Notes under the pieces: generated by a model
What the model saw: the letters and a program-made list of their open reading frames with translations, nothing else
What the model was told of the DNA's origin: nothing
Databases searched by the model: none
Part shown: positions 1 to 8,811 of the stretch, in pieces
How positions within the stretch are numbered: the first letter of the stretch is position 1
Layout of the letters: every line of letters begins with the position of its first letter
Assembly (NCBI GenBank): GCA_963541855.1
Contig: CAUTVM010000007.1
Location: 187 to 24,186, forward strand
DNA from: an uncultured Erysipelotrichaceae bacterium
GTDB taxonomy: Bacteria; Bacillota_I; Bacilli_A; Erysipelotrichales; Erysipelotrichaceae
Direction of reading: 5' to 3'
DNA length: 24,000 bases
Position numbers and translations under genes: made by a program

Positions 1-99
1 GCGGGAAGAGAAAACCTCTGTATGAAAGCGGTTGTGATTCGTTTTCATGAAAATGGTGTAATATGAAAAAACAACTCATTCAGAAACACGATGTGATGA

Positions 100-140
100 C
101 GAAACAAATAAAAGTCCGGATTTGCTTTTCCGAACTTTTG
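100..140 (-). terminator. Rho-independent terminator downstream of pepF
   Basis: In the minus-strand RNA, 139..129 pairs with 120..110 (AAAAGUUCGGA / UCCGGACUUUU, one G.U pair) around an 8-nt loop. The stem is followed by UUUUAUUUGUUU and lies about 40 nt after the pepF TAA stop at 180-182. Confidence 0.7.
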
Positions 141-179
141 TTCAAATGCAAATATTTATACAGGCATGTTTTGCTTGCA

Positions 180-1985
180 TTAAAGCCCAAGCTGCTCGGC
201 TGTCCGCTCCGCATCCGCCAAAATGTCTTCAAACTTTTGCAAAGCATGATCAATCGGCTTCGCGGAAGTCAAATCCACTCCGGCATGTTTTAATTCATCC
301 AGCGGATATTGCGAACTGCCCATAGACAAAAATTCCAGATACCGTTTTACAGCCGGCTGGCCTTCTTGCAAGATCATATTGCTTAATGCCGTGGCGCTTG
401 CATACCCGGTTGCATATACATACACATAAAAGGGACGATAGAAATGCGGAATACGCGCCCACTCATATTGAACCTGTTCATCCATGACAAGATCCTGACC
501 AAAATATAAGGTGACTAATTTACGATACAAAGCGCTCAAAGCATGCGAATCCAGTGATTCTCCACGCTCTGCCATCGCGTGCGCCTCCTTTTCAAACTCC
601 GCAAACATCGTCTGGCGATAAACCGTCCCCTTAAATCCTTCCAGATATTGATTCAGCAATAACAGACGTGCCTCAGGCTCCTGTTCCTGTTTCAACAATT
701 GTTCAATCAGCAGATTCTCATTCACCGTCGAGGCGATTTCCGCGACAAACATGGTATATCCTGCATATTGAAACGGCTGTGTATGATTCGTCAGCCAAGA
801 ATGCTGACTATGCCCCATCTCATGTGCCAAAGTCGATACATTATCCAGACTGCCGTTGTAATTGAGCAAAATATAAGGTACGGAACGATAAGTGCCCGAA
901 GAATATGCTCCGCCCGATTTATTCTGATTCGGATATACATCAATCCAATGATCACGATAGGCTTCTGCAACCCGCCCAACATAGGCGTCGCCTAACGGCT
1001 TTACCGCCTGTAATACCATCTGTTTAGCCTGTTCATACGTGTATGATTTCCCTTTATTCATGACCAATGGGGCATACAGATCGTAATAATGCAGTTCATC
1101 CACTTTCAACAGACGCTTGCGTAAACGCACATAGCGATACATCTTGTCCATATTTCGATGCACGCTGTCAATCAACTGATCATAGACACTTTCCGGAATG
1201 TTATCCACGGCCAGCGACATCGCCCGCGAGCTTGCATAATGACGAATATTCGCTTCCGCCACCCAAGCTTTGACCGTTCCCGCATATGTGGCCGCAAAGG
1301 TCGTGATATGCTGTTGGAACTCCTTATAATAGTTTTCAAAACTGTTTTTACGCAGTGTCCGATCCGTCGACATCTGCAGCGGAATATAGCTTGATCCGGT
1401 CAGCTCATGTTCCTCACCACGCTCATCCTGAACCGGAGCAAATACCATATCTGAATCCATCAGGCTTTCCGCCGCCGTACCGCTGGCCGAAAGCGCATCT
1501 GAAATCTTAGCCAGAATCGCTTCTTCCCCTTCACATAACGTATGCGGTTTCTGCCGCAGCAGATTATGCAGCATAAAAGCGTATTCCGCCATCTCCGGAT
1601 CATCCGCGATCGCCCGTAATACTTTCTCATCCAGACACAATATTTCAGGCTCCGCAAAAGACAGCTTAGCTTCCGCCTGCGCCATCCACATTCCGATGCG
1701 GGCCACCATGGACTGCGCCGCCTGTTCACGCGTATCTTCACTGTGCCGCAAAAAGGCGTAACAAGATACGTCCTCAGCTTTCAAAAGCACTTCTTTGCGC
1801 GCCTCTAAAAAAGCTTTAATCGTCGCGGCGTCTTTCAGCTTTCCTTTATAAGCCATGGCTTTTTCTACGCCTTCATCTAAAGACGCAAAAGCTTTTTCCC
1901 AACTTTGATCATCAGCAAACAGCTTGGCAAGATCCCATTCATACGCCGGATCCATTTCGCTGCGCTTCTTCAAGACTTCCTGCAT
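180..1985 (-). CDS. pepF: Oligoendopeptidase F (M3B family zinc metallopeptidase)
   Basis: 601-aa ORF with the HEXXH zinc motif in 'TLAHEMGHSQHS'. Length and overall sequence are typical of PepF. The RBS GGAGGTAAAGG (complement of 1989-1999) lies upstream of the ATG. Confidence 0.95.
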   Translation of the reverse strand: MQEVLKKRSEMDPAYEWDLAKLFADDQSWEKAFASLDEGVEKAMAYKGKLKDAATIKAFLEARKEVLLKAEDVSCYAFLRHSEDTREQAAQSMVARIGMWMAQAEAKLSFAEPEILCLDEKVLRAIADDPEMAEYAFMLHNLLRQKPHTLCEGEEAILAKISDALSASGTAAESLMDSDMVFAPVQDERGEEHELTGSSYIPLQMSTDRTLRKNSFENYYKEFQQHITTFAATYAGTVKAWVAEANIRHYASSRAMSLAVDNIPESVYDQLIDSVHRNMDKMYRYVRLRKRLLKVDELHYYDLYAPLVMNKGKSYTYEQAKQMVLQAVKPLGDAYVGRVAEAYRDHWIDVYPNQNKSGGAYSSGTYRSVPYILLNYNGSLDNVSTLAHEMGHSQHSWLTNHTQPFQYAGYTMFVAEIASTVNENLLIEQLLKQEQEPEARLLLLNQYLEGFKGTVYRQTMFAEFEKEAHAMAERGESLDSHALSALYRKLVTLYFGQDLVMDEQVQYEWARIPHFYRPFYVYVYATGYASATALSNMILQEGQPAVKRYLEFLSMGSSQYPLDELKHAGVDLTSAKPIDHALQKFEDILADAERTAEQLGL

Positions 1986-2057
1986 TTTCCTTTACCTCCG
2001 CGTCTATTATAGCGAATGCTCTTGAAAATGAGCTTCTTAAAACTCTATTAAGAACCA

Positions 2058-2085
2058 TTGACAGGCCCCTTTGGTCGGCTATGAT
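2058..2085 (+). promoter_or_regulatory. Sigma-A type promoter for the TVP38-GT4 gene pair
   Basis: TTGACA (2058-2063), a 16-nt spacer, then TATGAT (2080-2085). The RBS GAAAGGAAA (2095-2103) precedes the ATG at 2109. A TATAAT on the opposite strand (2011..2006) may serve pepF. Confidence 0.55.
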
Positions 2086-2108
2086 AAACATGCAGAAAGG
2101 AAACCGAT

Positions 2109-2711
2109 ATGGCCGAAAAAAAGAGCACTGTGATCCATGTGCTGACAATCGCTTCCCTTTTACTTATGCTGATTGTTTATATTTTGGCTTGGAAACACGG
2201 CTTGTTTACCGATCAAAATGCACTTAAATCTTTTCTGGATAAATCCGGTATCTGGGCAGGCGTCATCTTTATTTTCCTGCAGATTCTGCAGGTTATCTTT
2301 CCGATCATCCCCGGCGGGCTTGGATGCCTGGCAGGGGTATTGTTATTTGGCGCCTGGCATGGATTTCTCTACAACTATATCGGCATTTGCTTAGGCTCCT
2401 TTTTTGCCTTTCTGATTGCCCGCACGTACGGAGCCGGTCTTTTAAAAAAAATGTTCAGTACCCGGCTGTTGGAAAAATACGGAAAATGGACGAGCGATCA
2501 GCATACCTTCGATAAAATGTTTGCCCTGGCCATCTTTCTGCCGATGGCGCCGGATGACTTTCTATGCTATCTGGCCGGAACGACGGAAATGAAGCTGTCC
2601 GTCTTCTGCCTGATTCTTATGCTCGGTAAACCGGCATCCATTGCCCTGTACAGTCTTGGACTGGAATATGCCTTCCATAATCTGCTTCGCTTATTAGGAG
2701 GAGTTCGCTGA
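2109..2711 (+). CDS. TVP38/TMEM64 (DedA/SNARE-associated, VTT domain) family membrane protein
   Basis: 200-aa ORF with multiple hydrophobic helices. The glycine-rich 'FPIIPGGLGCLAGVLFG' and 'PDDFLCYLAGTT' segments are typical of the family. Confidence 0.8.
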   Translation: MAEKKSTVIHVLTIASLLLMLIVYILAWKHGLFTDQNALKSFLDKSGIWAGVIFIFLQILQVIFPIIPGGLGCLAGVLLFGAWHGFLYNYIGICLGSFFAFLIARTYGAGLLKKMFSTRLLEKYGKWTSDQHTFDKMFALAIFLPMAPDDFLCYLAGTTEMKLSVFCLILMLGKPASIALYSLGLEYAFHNLLRLLGGVR

Positions 2712-3721
2712 TGAAAGTATGCATTTATCGCGGCGGCATGCATCTGATTCAAAAAAGCGGCATCGGACAGGCAATCCTTCACCAAGAGCAGATGTTGAAA
2801 GAATCCGATGTGATCGTCTTGCCCTACCCGACCCCCGATACGGATATCATCCACATCAACACTGTACTTCCCGATGCCGTTATCATGGCTCTGTACGCAC
2901 GTATGCATCATATTAAAGTCATCTATTACGGTCACTCGACAGAAGGAGATTTCAAAAACTCATTCAAGGGATCCAATTATTTATCCACCTTTTTTCAAAG
3001 CTGGATCCGCTTCTGCTATGGCCTTGGAAACTGCGTGATTACCCCGACACGCTACTCCCGAAATCAATTGTCGAGCATCGGCGTTAAAAAAGATATTTTT
3101 ACGATTTCCAACGGCGTCGATACTTCTTTTTTTCGCCCAAGCAAAAAAGCGGGCCTTCGCTTTCGTAACCGCTACGGCTTAAATGAAACCGATACCGTCA
3201 TCATTTCCGTGGGCCATTTTATGGAACGGAAAGGTCTGCCGGATTTTATTGATCTGGCAAGGCACATGCCGGATGCGCACTTTTTCTGGTTTGGATATAC
3301 CGATCCGATTTTGCAGACGGAAACCGTCAAAAACGCGCTGCGAAACGCACCGGCCAATATTACATTTCCCGGCTATGTCAGTCAATCGCAGCTGCATGAA
3401 GCTTATTGCGGCTGCAGCCTGTTTGCCTTTATGAGCTATGAAGAAACCGAAGGAATTGTCGTTCTGGAAGCACTGTCCTGCGGTACGCCGACACTCGTCC
3501 GCGATATTCCCGTTTACGCCGACTGGCTCATTGACGGTGAAAATGTCTATAAGGCGCAGAATCAGGCGGAATTTATACAGCGCGCCCGAATGATGATAAA
3601 CAAAACTTTGCCCTCGTTGCATCAGGCGGAAATCAAGACCGCTTATAAATACAGTCTGCGCCAAGAATACATCGCCCTGCACAAGATCTATACAAACCTG
3701 CTGTCGAGCGGAGCAAATTGA
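2711..3721 (+). CDS. Glycosyltransferase family 4 (GT-B retaining type, possibly a membrane glycolipid synthase)
   Basis: 336-aa ORF with the C-terminal GT4 EX7E motif 'EETEGIVVLEALSCGTP'. Its start overlaps the upstream stop (TGATG at 2709-2713). Confidence 0.85.
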   Translation: MKVCIYRGGMHLIQKSGIGQAILHQEQMLKESDVIVLPYPTPDTDIIHINTVLPDAVIMALYARMHHIKVIYYGHSTEGDFKNSFKGSNYLSTFFQSWIRFCYGLGNCVITPTRYSRNQLSSIGVKKDIFTISNGVDTSFFRPSKKAGLRFRNRYGLNETDTVIISVGHFMERKGLPDFIDLARHMPDAHFFWFGYTDPILQTETVKNALRNAPANITFPGYVSQSQLHEAYCGCSLFAFMSYEETEGIVVLEALSCGTPTLVRDIPVYADWLIDGENVYKAQNQAEFIQRARMMINKTLPSLHQAEIKTAYKYSLRQEYIALHKIYTNLLSSGAN

Positions 3722-3748
3722 CAGATTTCACATATCCGCATGAGTTAT

Positions 3749-4900
3749 TCACTTTTTGGCTTGCGCATATACGGCTTGCGCCACGACATCCGCCACATGT
3801 TTATCCAACGGTGACGGCAGGATATTCACCGATGAAAGTTCTGTATCCGGAATCATGGAAGCAATCGCATATGCGGCCGCAATTTCCATCGCATCGGTAA
3901 TTTTTGCCGCACGCGCCTGCAGAACACCTTTAAAAATACCCGGAAAAACCAGAACATTATTGATCTGATTGGGATAATCACTGCGGCCGGTACCGACAAC
4001 TTTTGCGCCGCCTTTCAGCGCTTCGTCAGGATCAATTTCCGGCTCCGGATTAGCCAATGCAAATACGATTCCATCTTTCATGAGCGAAACCATTTCAGCA
4101 CTTAGAAGATGACCTTTGGAAACACCGATAAACGCATCCGCATCAACCAATGCTTCCGGCAAGTGTCCCTTACATCCGCCGCGATTGGTGCGCATGGCCA
4201 GTTCTTTCTGCACCGGATTCAATGCCTGATCCTGCGCATCTAAAATGCCGTTACGATCACACAGGATCAGATTATATATACCCATTTTTAGCAAAAGATC
4301 GGCAATGGCGCATCCGGCCGCTCCCGCGCCGTTGATCACAACCGTCATATGATCCATGCTCTTTTTCGTTACCTTACATGCATTCAACAAAGCCGCCGCC
4401 ACGACAATCGCCGTACCATGTTGATCATCATGGAAAACCGGAATATCCAGCGCTTTGCGCAAACGCCTTTCAATCTCAAAACACCGCGGAGCGGCAATGT
4501 CTTCCAGATTGATGCCGCCGAAATTCTTCGCTAAGCGCGTAATGATATCAACTATTTCATCTGTGCTTTTAGAATCAATGCAAAGCGGAATCGCATCGAC
4601 ATCCCCAAACGCCTTGAACAGTGCGCACTTTCCTTCCATAACCGGCATTCCTGCCGCCGGGCCGATATCCCCAAGCCCCAAAACCGCCGTACCATCCGTA
4701 ATCACCGCAACCAAATGTCCCCGACGCGTCAGCGTAAAAGACAGCTCTTCATTCTTTTCAATCTGCCGACACGCTTCCGCTACACCGGGCGTATACAAAA
4801 GACTGAGATCTTCCCTGGTTTTAATCGGCATTCGACAAACAACTTCAATCTTCCCTTGCAGTTTTTCATGCAGTTTCAGTGAATCTTCATATACTCCCAT
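3749..4900 (-). CDS. NAD(P)-dependent malic enzyme (short, YtsJ/MaeA-type)
   Basis: 'DLSLLYTPGVAEAC', the 'VVINGAGAAG' Rossmann motif and 'VFHDDQHGTA' are present. I moved the start to the ATG at 4900 (MGVYEDSLKLHEK..., which aligns with malic-enzyme N-termini). That start has an upstream GAAAGGGA RBS and avoids overlap with fumC, unlike the track start at 4954. Confidence 0.9.
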   Translation of the reverse strand: MGVYEDSLKLHEKLQGKIEVVCRMPIKTREDLSLLYTPGVAEACRQIEKNEELSFTLTRRGHLVAVITDGTAVLGLGDIGPAAGMPVMEGKCALFKAFGDVDAIPLCIDSKSTDEIVDIITRLAKNFGGINLEDIAAPRCFEIERRLRKALDIPVFHDDQHGTAIVVAAALLNACKVTKKSMDHMTVVINGAGAAGCAIADLLLKMGIYNLILCDRNGILDAQDQALNPVQKELAMRTNRGGCKGHLPEALVDADAFIGVSKGHLLSAEMVSLMKDGIVFALANPEPEIDPDEALKGGAKVVGTGRSDYPNQINNVLVFPGIFKGVLQARAAKITDAMEIAAAYAIASMIPDTELSSVNILPSPLDKHVADVVAQAVYAQAKK

Positions 4901-4913
4901 TTTTTGTCCCTTT

Positions 4914-6290
4914 CTATATCGCCTTTTCAGGATCGCATACCTGATCAAATTCATCAGCCGTCATATAACCCGATTGTATGGCCGCTTCTTTTAAGGTCCA
5001 TTTATTTTGATGCGCCAGCTGCGCAATCTGTGCCGCCTTTTCATAACCGATGGCCGGCGATAAAAGCGTCGACAACATCAGCGAGCGATGCAGATTTTCA
5101 CACATCTGCTCCTTGTTGACTTCCAATCCTTCCAAAAGATGGATGCGAAAGCTGTCCATGGATTGTGCCAACAGCCGCATGGACTGCAGAAAATTATATG
5201 CTGTCACCGGGAAAAATACACACAGCTCAAATTGCCCCTGACTGGCCGCAAAGCTGATTGACGCGTCATTGCCGGCAATCTGTACGGCCACCTGCGTAAC
5301 TTGTTCACACTGCGTCGGATTGACCTTGCCGGGCATGATGCTGGATCCCGGTTCATTGGCAGGCAGAATGAGTTCATTCAAACCACAGCGCGGGCCGCTG
5401 GCAGCTAAGCGGATATCGTTTGCCATCTTGAACATATCCATGGCCAGAGCCTTGAGCGCCCCATGCGTCACCACGATCTCATCCAGCGAAGTCAATGCGT
5501 GAAATTTATTTTTCCCCGGCACAAAGGCGATATGCATCTGCTCTTGCAAAGCACGACAGACCTCGCTGTCAAATCCTTTGGGCGCATTTAAACCCGTACC
5601 GACCGCCGTGGCGCCGATCGCCAGTTCTTTCAGATAATCCATATTCTGCCTTAACAGCTTCTCATCCTGTTCCAATGAAAAGCGATATCCGGATAATTCT
5701 TGTGAAAAGCGCAATGGAACCGCGTCCATCATATGTGTGCGCCCGGCTTTCATAATTCCCTGAAACTGTTTTTCTTTCCGCAAAAAAGTATCTTTTAATC
5801 GCTGTAAGCTAGGCAACAGTGAAGTTTCAAGCGCACTTACAAAAGCAATATGCATGGCACTGGGAAAAGTATCATTGCTGGATTGTGACGCATTGACATC
5901 ATCATTTGGATGCAATCCCTTTGCATAATGAGCAATCACCTCATTGACATTCATATTCGTCTGCGTACCCGAACCGGTTTGAAAAACGACAAGCGGAAAT
6001 TCATCATCCAGACGACCATCTAAAATCGCATCACATGCGGCTATAATCGCATCTTGTTTTTTTTGCGTTATGCATGCAGGCCTTAATTGATGATTGGCTT
6101 TGGCGCATGCTTTTTTTAATTGGGCAAAAGCATAGATGATCTCCATCGGCATACGCTCCTGCGGCTGTCCAATCAAAAAATTTTCAAACGAACGCTGTGT
6201 CTGGGCGCCCCAAAGGTGTTCAAGCGGAACGCGCACTTCGCCAAGACTGTCGCGTTCCATACGAAACTGATTATCGTGCATATTTTCCAT
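4914..6290 (-). CDS. fumC: Class II fumarate hydratase
   Basis: The signature 'GSSIMPGKVNPTQCEQ' is the fumarase variant of the GSxxMxxKxN loop. Also present: 'WGAQTQRSFENF', 'QTGSGTQTNMNVNE' and 'SQSSNDTFPSAMH'. The start could be the ATG at 6290 or at 6281. Confidence 0.9.
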   Translation of the reverse strand: MENMHDNQFRMERDSLGEVRVPLEHLWGAQTQRSFENFLIGQPQERMPMEIIYAFAQLKKACAKANHQLRPACITQKKQDAIIAACDAILDGRLDDEFPLVVFQTGSGTQTNMNVNEVIAHYAKGLHPNDDVNASQSSNDTFPSAMHIAFVSALETSLLPSLQRLKDTFLRKEKQFQGIMKAGRTHMMDAVPLRFSQELSGYRFSLEQDEKLLRQNMDYLKELAIGATAVGTGLNAPKGFDSEVCRALQEQMHIAFVPGKNKFHALTSLDEIVVTHGALKALAMDMFKMANDIRLAASGPRCGLNELILPANEPGSSIMPGKVNPTQCEQVTQVAVQIAGNDASISFAASQGQFELCVFFPVTAYNFLQSMRLLAQSMDSFRIHLLEGLEVNKEQMCENLHRSLMLSTLLSPAIGYEKAAQIAQLAHQNKWTLKEAAIQSGYMTADEFDQVCDPEKAI

Positions 6291-7710
6291 CTTGAATCAT
6301 GGTCTCCATACCGGCAATGCCCGGTTCGCTCAAGGCATAAGGATCAAAAATGACATCCAGTTCTTCTTTCGTCAACAACTGATCCCGCAAAATCAAGTCG
6401 CGCACATTCGCTCCCGTTTTGATCGCTTCTTTCGCAAGAGAAGCCGCTTTGGTATAGCCGACATAAGGGCAGATGGCAGTAATGATGCCGACCGAATGAT
6501 CGACCAGCTCTTGGCAATGTTCCACATTCGCTTCAATGCCCACAATACAGTTATCCACGAAAGTTTGAATGACATGCTCCAGCTGCTCAATGGAATGAAA
6601 CAGATTATAAAAGATAACCGGTTCAAAGGCGTTCAATTCCAATTGCCCGGCTTCGGCGGCCATCGTGATGGTCAAATCATTTCCGATCACATTGAATGCC
6701 ACCTGATTGACAACTTCCGGAATAACCGGATTGACTTTCCCGGGCATGATACTGGAACCATTCTGCTTTGCCGGCAGATGGATTTCATTCAGCCCGCACC
6801 TTGGCCCACAGCTCATCAGCCGTAAATCATTGGCTATCTTGGAAAGATTGACCGCACAAGTCTTGGTTATGCCGGATACCGCCGCATAACCATCCAGATT
6901 CTGCGTCGCGTCAATCAGATCTTTGGCCTGATGCATCTGCATTCCGGAAATAAGCGAAATATTTTCGGCAACTTTCTTCAAGTATTGCACATCCGCATTT
7001 AATCCTGTCCCGATCGCCGTACCGCCGATATTCAATGAACGCATTTCATCCTGCGCTTGCATAAAGCGGTCAATGTCGCGCTCGATCGCCATGGCATAAG
7101 CATGAAACTCCTGTCCTAAGCGAATCGGCACCGCATCCTGCAGCTGCGTGCGCCCCATTTTAATAACGTGATCAAATTCTTCCGCCTTTTGCAATAATGC
7201 CACATGCAGGCGTTTCAGCTGCGCTGTTGTTTTCACCAGCAGTTTCAAAGCCGTCAGCTTTCCGCATGAAGGAAAAATATCATTTGTCGATTGCCCGAAA
7301 TTCACATGATCATTGGGATGTACCGGATCATATGTCCCTTTCTTTCCGCCCAATATTTCATTGGCCAGATTAGCAATTACCTCATTGGCATTCATATTCA
7401 TCGAGGTTCCTGCTCCCCCTTGAATCGGATCGACAATAAACTGATCATGATATTTCCCGGCGATGATCTGATCGCATGCCTCAATGATCGCGCAACAGCG
7501 TTTCTCATCCAGCCGCCTGACCTGATAATTCGTCACGGCGCACGCTTTCTTGATCTGGGCAATAGAGACGATCATCTCCGTCGGATAACGCAAGCCCGTA
7601 ATCGTAAAATTTTCATAAGCCCGCAATGTCTGCACGCCGTAATAAGCATCAATCGGTACTTCTTTCTCGCCGATGGAATCCTTTTCCAGGCGAAAGCGTT
7701 CCTGCTTCAT
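6271..7710 (-). CDS. aspA: Aspartate ammonia-lyase
   Basis: The signature 'GSSIMPGKVNPVIPEVVNQV' is the aspartase variant. Also present: 'GGAGTSMNMNANE' and 'GQSTNDIFPS'. 479 aa. The 3' end overlaps the fumC start. Confidence 0.9.
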   Translation of the reverse strand: MKQERFRLEKDSIGEKEVPIDAYYGVQTLRAYENFTITGLRYPTEMIVSIAQIKKACAVTNYQVRRLDEKRCCAIIEACDQIIAGKYHDQFIVDPIQGGAGTSMNMNANEVIANLANEILGGKKGTYDPVHPNDHVNFGQSTNDIFPSCGKLTALKLLVKTTAQLKRLHVALLQKAEEFDHVIKMGRTQLQDAVPIRLGQEFHAYAMAIERDIDRFMQAQDEMRSLNIGGTAIGTGLNADVQYLKKVAENISLISGMQMHQAKDLIDATQNLDGYAAVSGITKTCAVNLSKIANDLRLMSCGPRCGLNEIHLPAKQNGSSIMPGKVNPVIPEVVNQVAFNVIGNDLTITMAAEAGQLELNAFEPVIFYNLFHSIEQLEHVIQTFVDNCIVGIEANVEHCQELVDHSVGIITAICPYVGYTKAASLAKEAIKTGANVRDLILRDQLLTKEELDVIFDPYALSEPGIAGMETMIQDGKYAR

Positions 7711-7713
7711 GCC

Positions 7714-8811
7714 CTACTTTTCCTCCTCCAGAATAAATCCGAACGGATGACGCGGATGGACGCAGGACAACAGAATATCTTCATGCGCCTTGAGATGGCC
7801 GACATAATTATATGTATCGTCCGCTTCAATCGTACTTTGAATCACTAAAACCTCAGCCGCGTATTTTTTATAATTCGCGTTGACAATCAATACATCGCCT
7901 TTTTCAAAAGTCTTCCGTCCATGCGGCCGCGGCGTAATTTTTTCATTCTGATAAGCAATACGAGGATAAGAGGAACGCAGCATGATTTCATTTTCACCAC
8001 GATTTACATGAATATCATCTTTTAAAATCCTCTTTTCCAGTTCCGTTGTTTCTTTATCTGTTTCTACTTTGAACTTGACGAAATCATAGAATGCATGCCC
8101 CATCGCTTCCAATTCCCGATCATCCGCAATGGCGTTTCCAATCAGGACATCATGAACATATCCAAGCGCAAATGTATGCCGCGCTTGCAAATCAATCGGC
8201 AGATAACGATGCATTTCCAGCGTCGGCAGATGCGGGCAATAAGACCATGGCCCATAGGTGTGCTCTTTCTGGCTGGATACAAAACTGGCATTTAAAAGAC
8301 CCGTCTTTTGATAGCGGCCCATCAGCTCTTCATAACGTTTCAGGCTCATGGCCGTATAGCGCTGTGGATAAAAATTCGCACACATGCACATGCGATCCTT
8401 ATTCGCCCCGGCCGCCAGCAGATTCTCCATATCAATATCCGTGCTGGAATTATACTCAATCTTGATATCATATGGATTATAAGACAGCTGTACATTTTCT
8501 ATTTCTGAAAAGCGGCCATCCAGACGGATAATATCCACACCGATTTCATGAAAAATCGAAAGATCTTTTGGCGAGGCGCCAAGTTTGGAAAAAACCACAG
8601 GATTGGTATCGGCACTGACAATAAAACCTTTCTCATGCGCAAAGCGGCAAAATTTCTGAAATCGGTCTTTCATCTCTTCCCTTGTTTCGTTTGTCGAAAT
8701 AAAGCAGGTAAAAACACGTGTGAAGCCATATCCGGCCGCTTTGGTCAAATAAGATTTCCATTCTTCTTCCGTACACTGCTCCGGATAAACCGAAATTCCA
8801 AGACGTTTCAT
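7714..8811 (-). CDS. DUF871 / MupG-like protein (putative 6-phospho-beta-glycosidase)
   Basis: 365 aa. The N-terminus 'MKRLGISVYPE...GFTRVFTCF' and the overall size match my recollection of the DUF871 family, which includes the S. aureus 6-phospho-N-acetylmuramidase MupG. The assignment comes from memory of the family pattern, not from a search. Confidence 0.65.
   Translation of the reverse strand: MKRLGISVYPEQCTEEEWKSYLTKAAGYGFTRVFTCFISTNETREEMKDRFQKFCRFAHEKGFIVSADTNPVVFSKLGASPKDLSIFHEIGVDIIRLDGRFSEIENVQLSYNPYDIKIEYNSSTDIDMENLLAAGANKDRMCMCANFYPQRYTAMSLKRYEELMGRYQKTGLLNASFVSSQKEHTYGPWSYCPHLPTLEMHRYLPIDLQARHTFALGYVHDVLIGNAIADDRELEAMGHAFYDFVKFKVETDKETTELEKRILKDDIHVNRGENEIMLRSSYPRIAYQNEKITPRPHGRKTFEKGDVLIVNANYKKYAAEVLVIQSTIEADDTYNYVGHLKAHEDILLSCVHPRHPFGFILEEEK

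Noticed and set aside
42-53. A perfect 12-bp palindrome, TTTTCATGAAAA, and a cre-like TGAAAGCGGTTGTG (22-35) near the window edge.
   Set aside because: They lie at the extreme 5' edge with no visible gene context. The cre-like match fails in its 3' half. Neither can be interpreted without the flanking sequence.
3764-3792. The direct repeat GGCTTGCGC...GGCTTGCGC near the convergent junction, considered as a possible terminator or repeat element.
   Set aside because: It lies inside the malic-enzyme C-terminal coding region, where it encodes the AQAVYAQA repeat of Ala-Gln-Ala. It is a direct repeat and not an inverted one, so it does not form a terminator hairpin.
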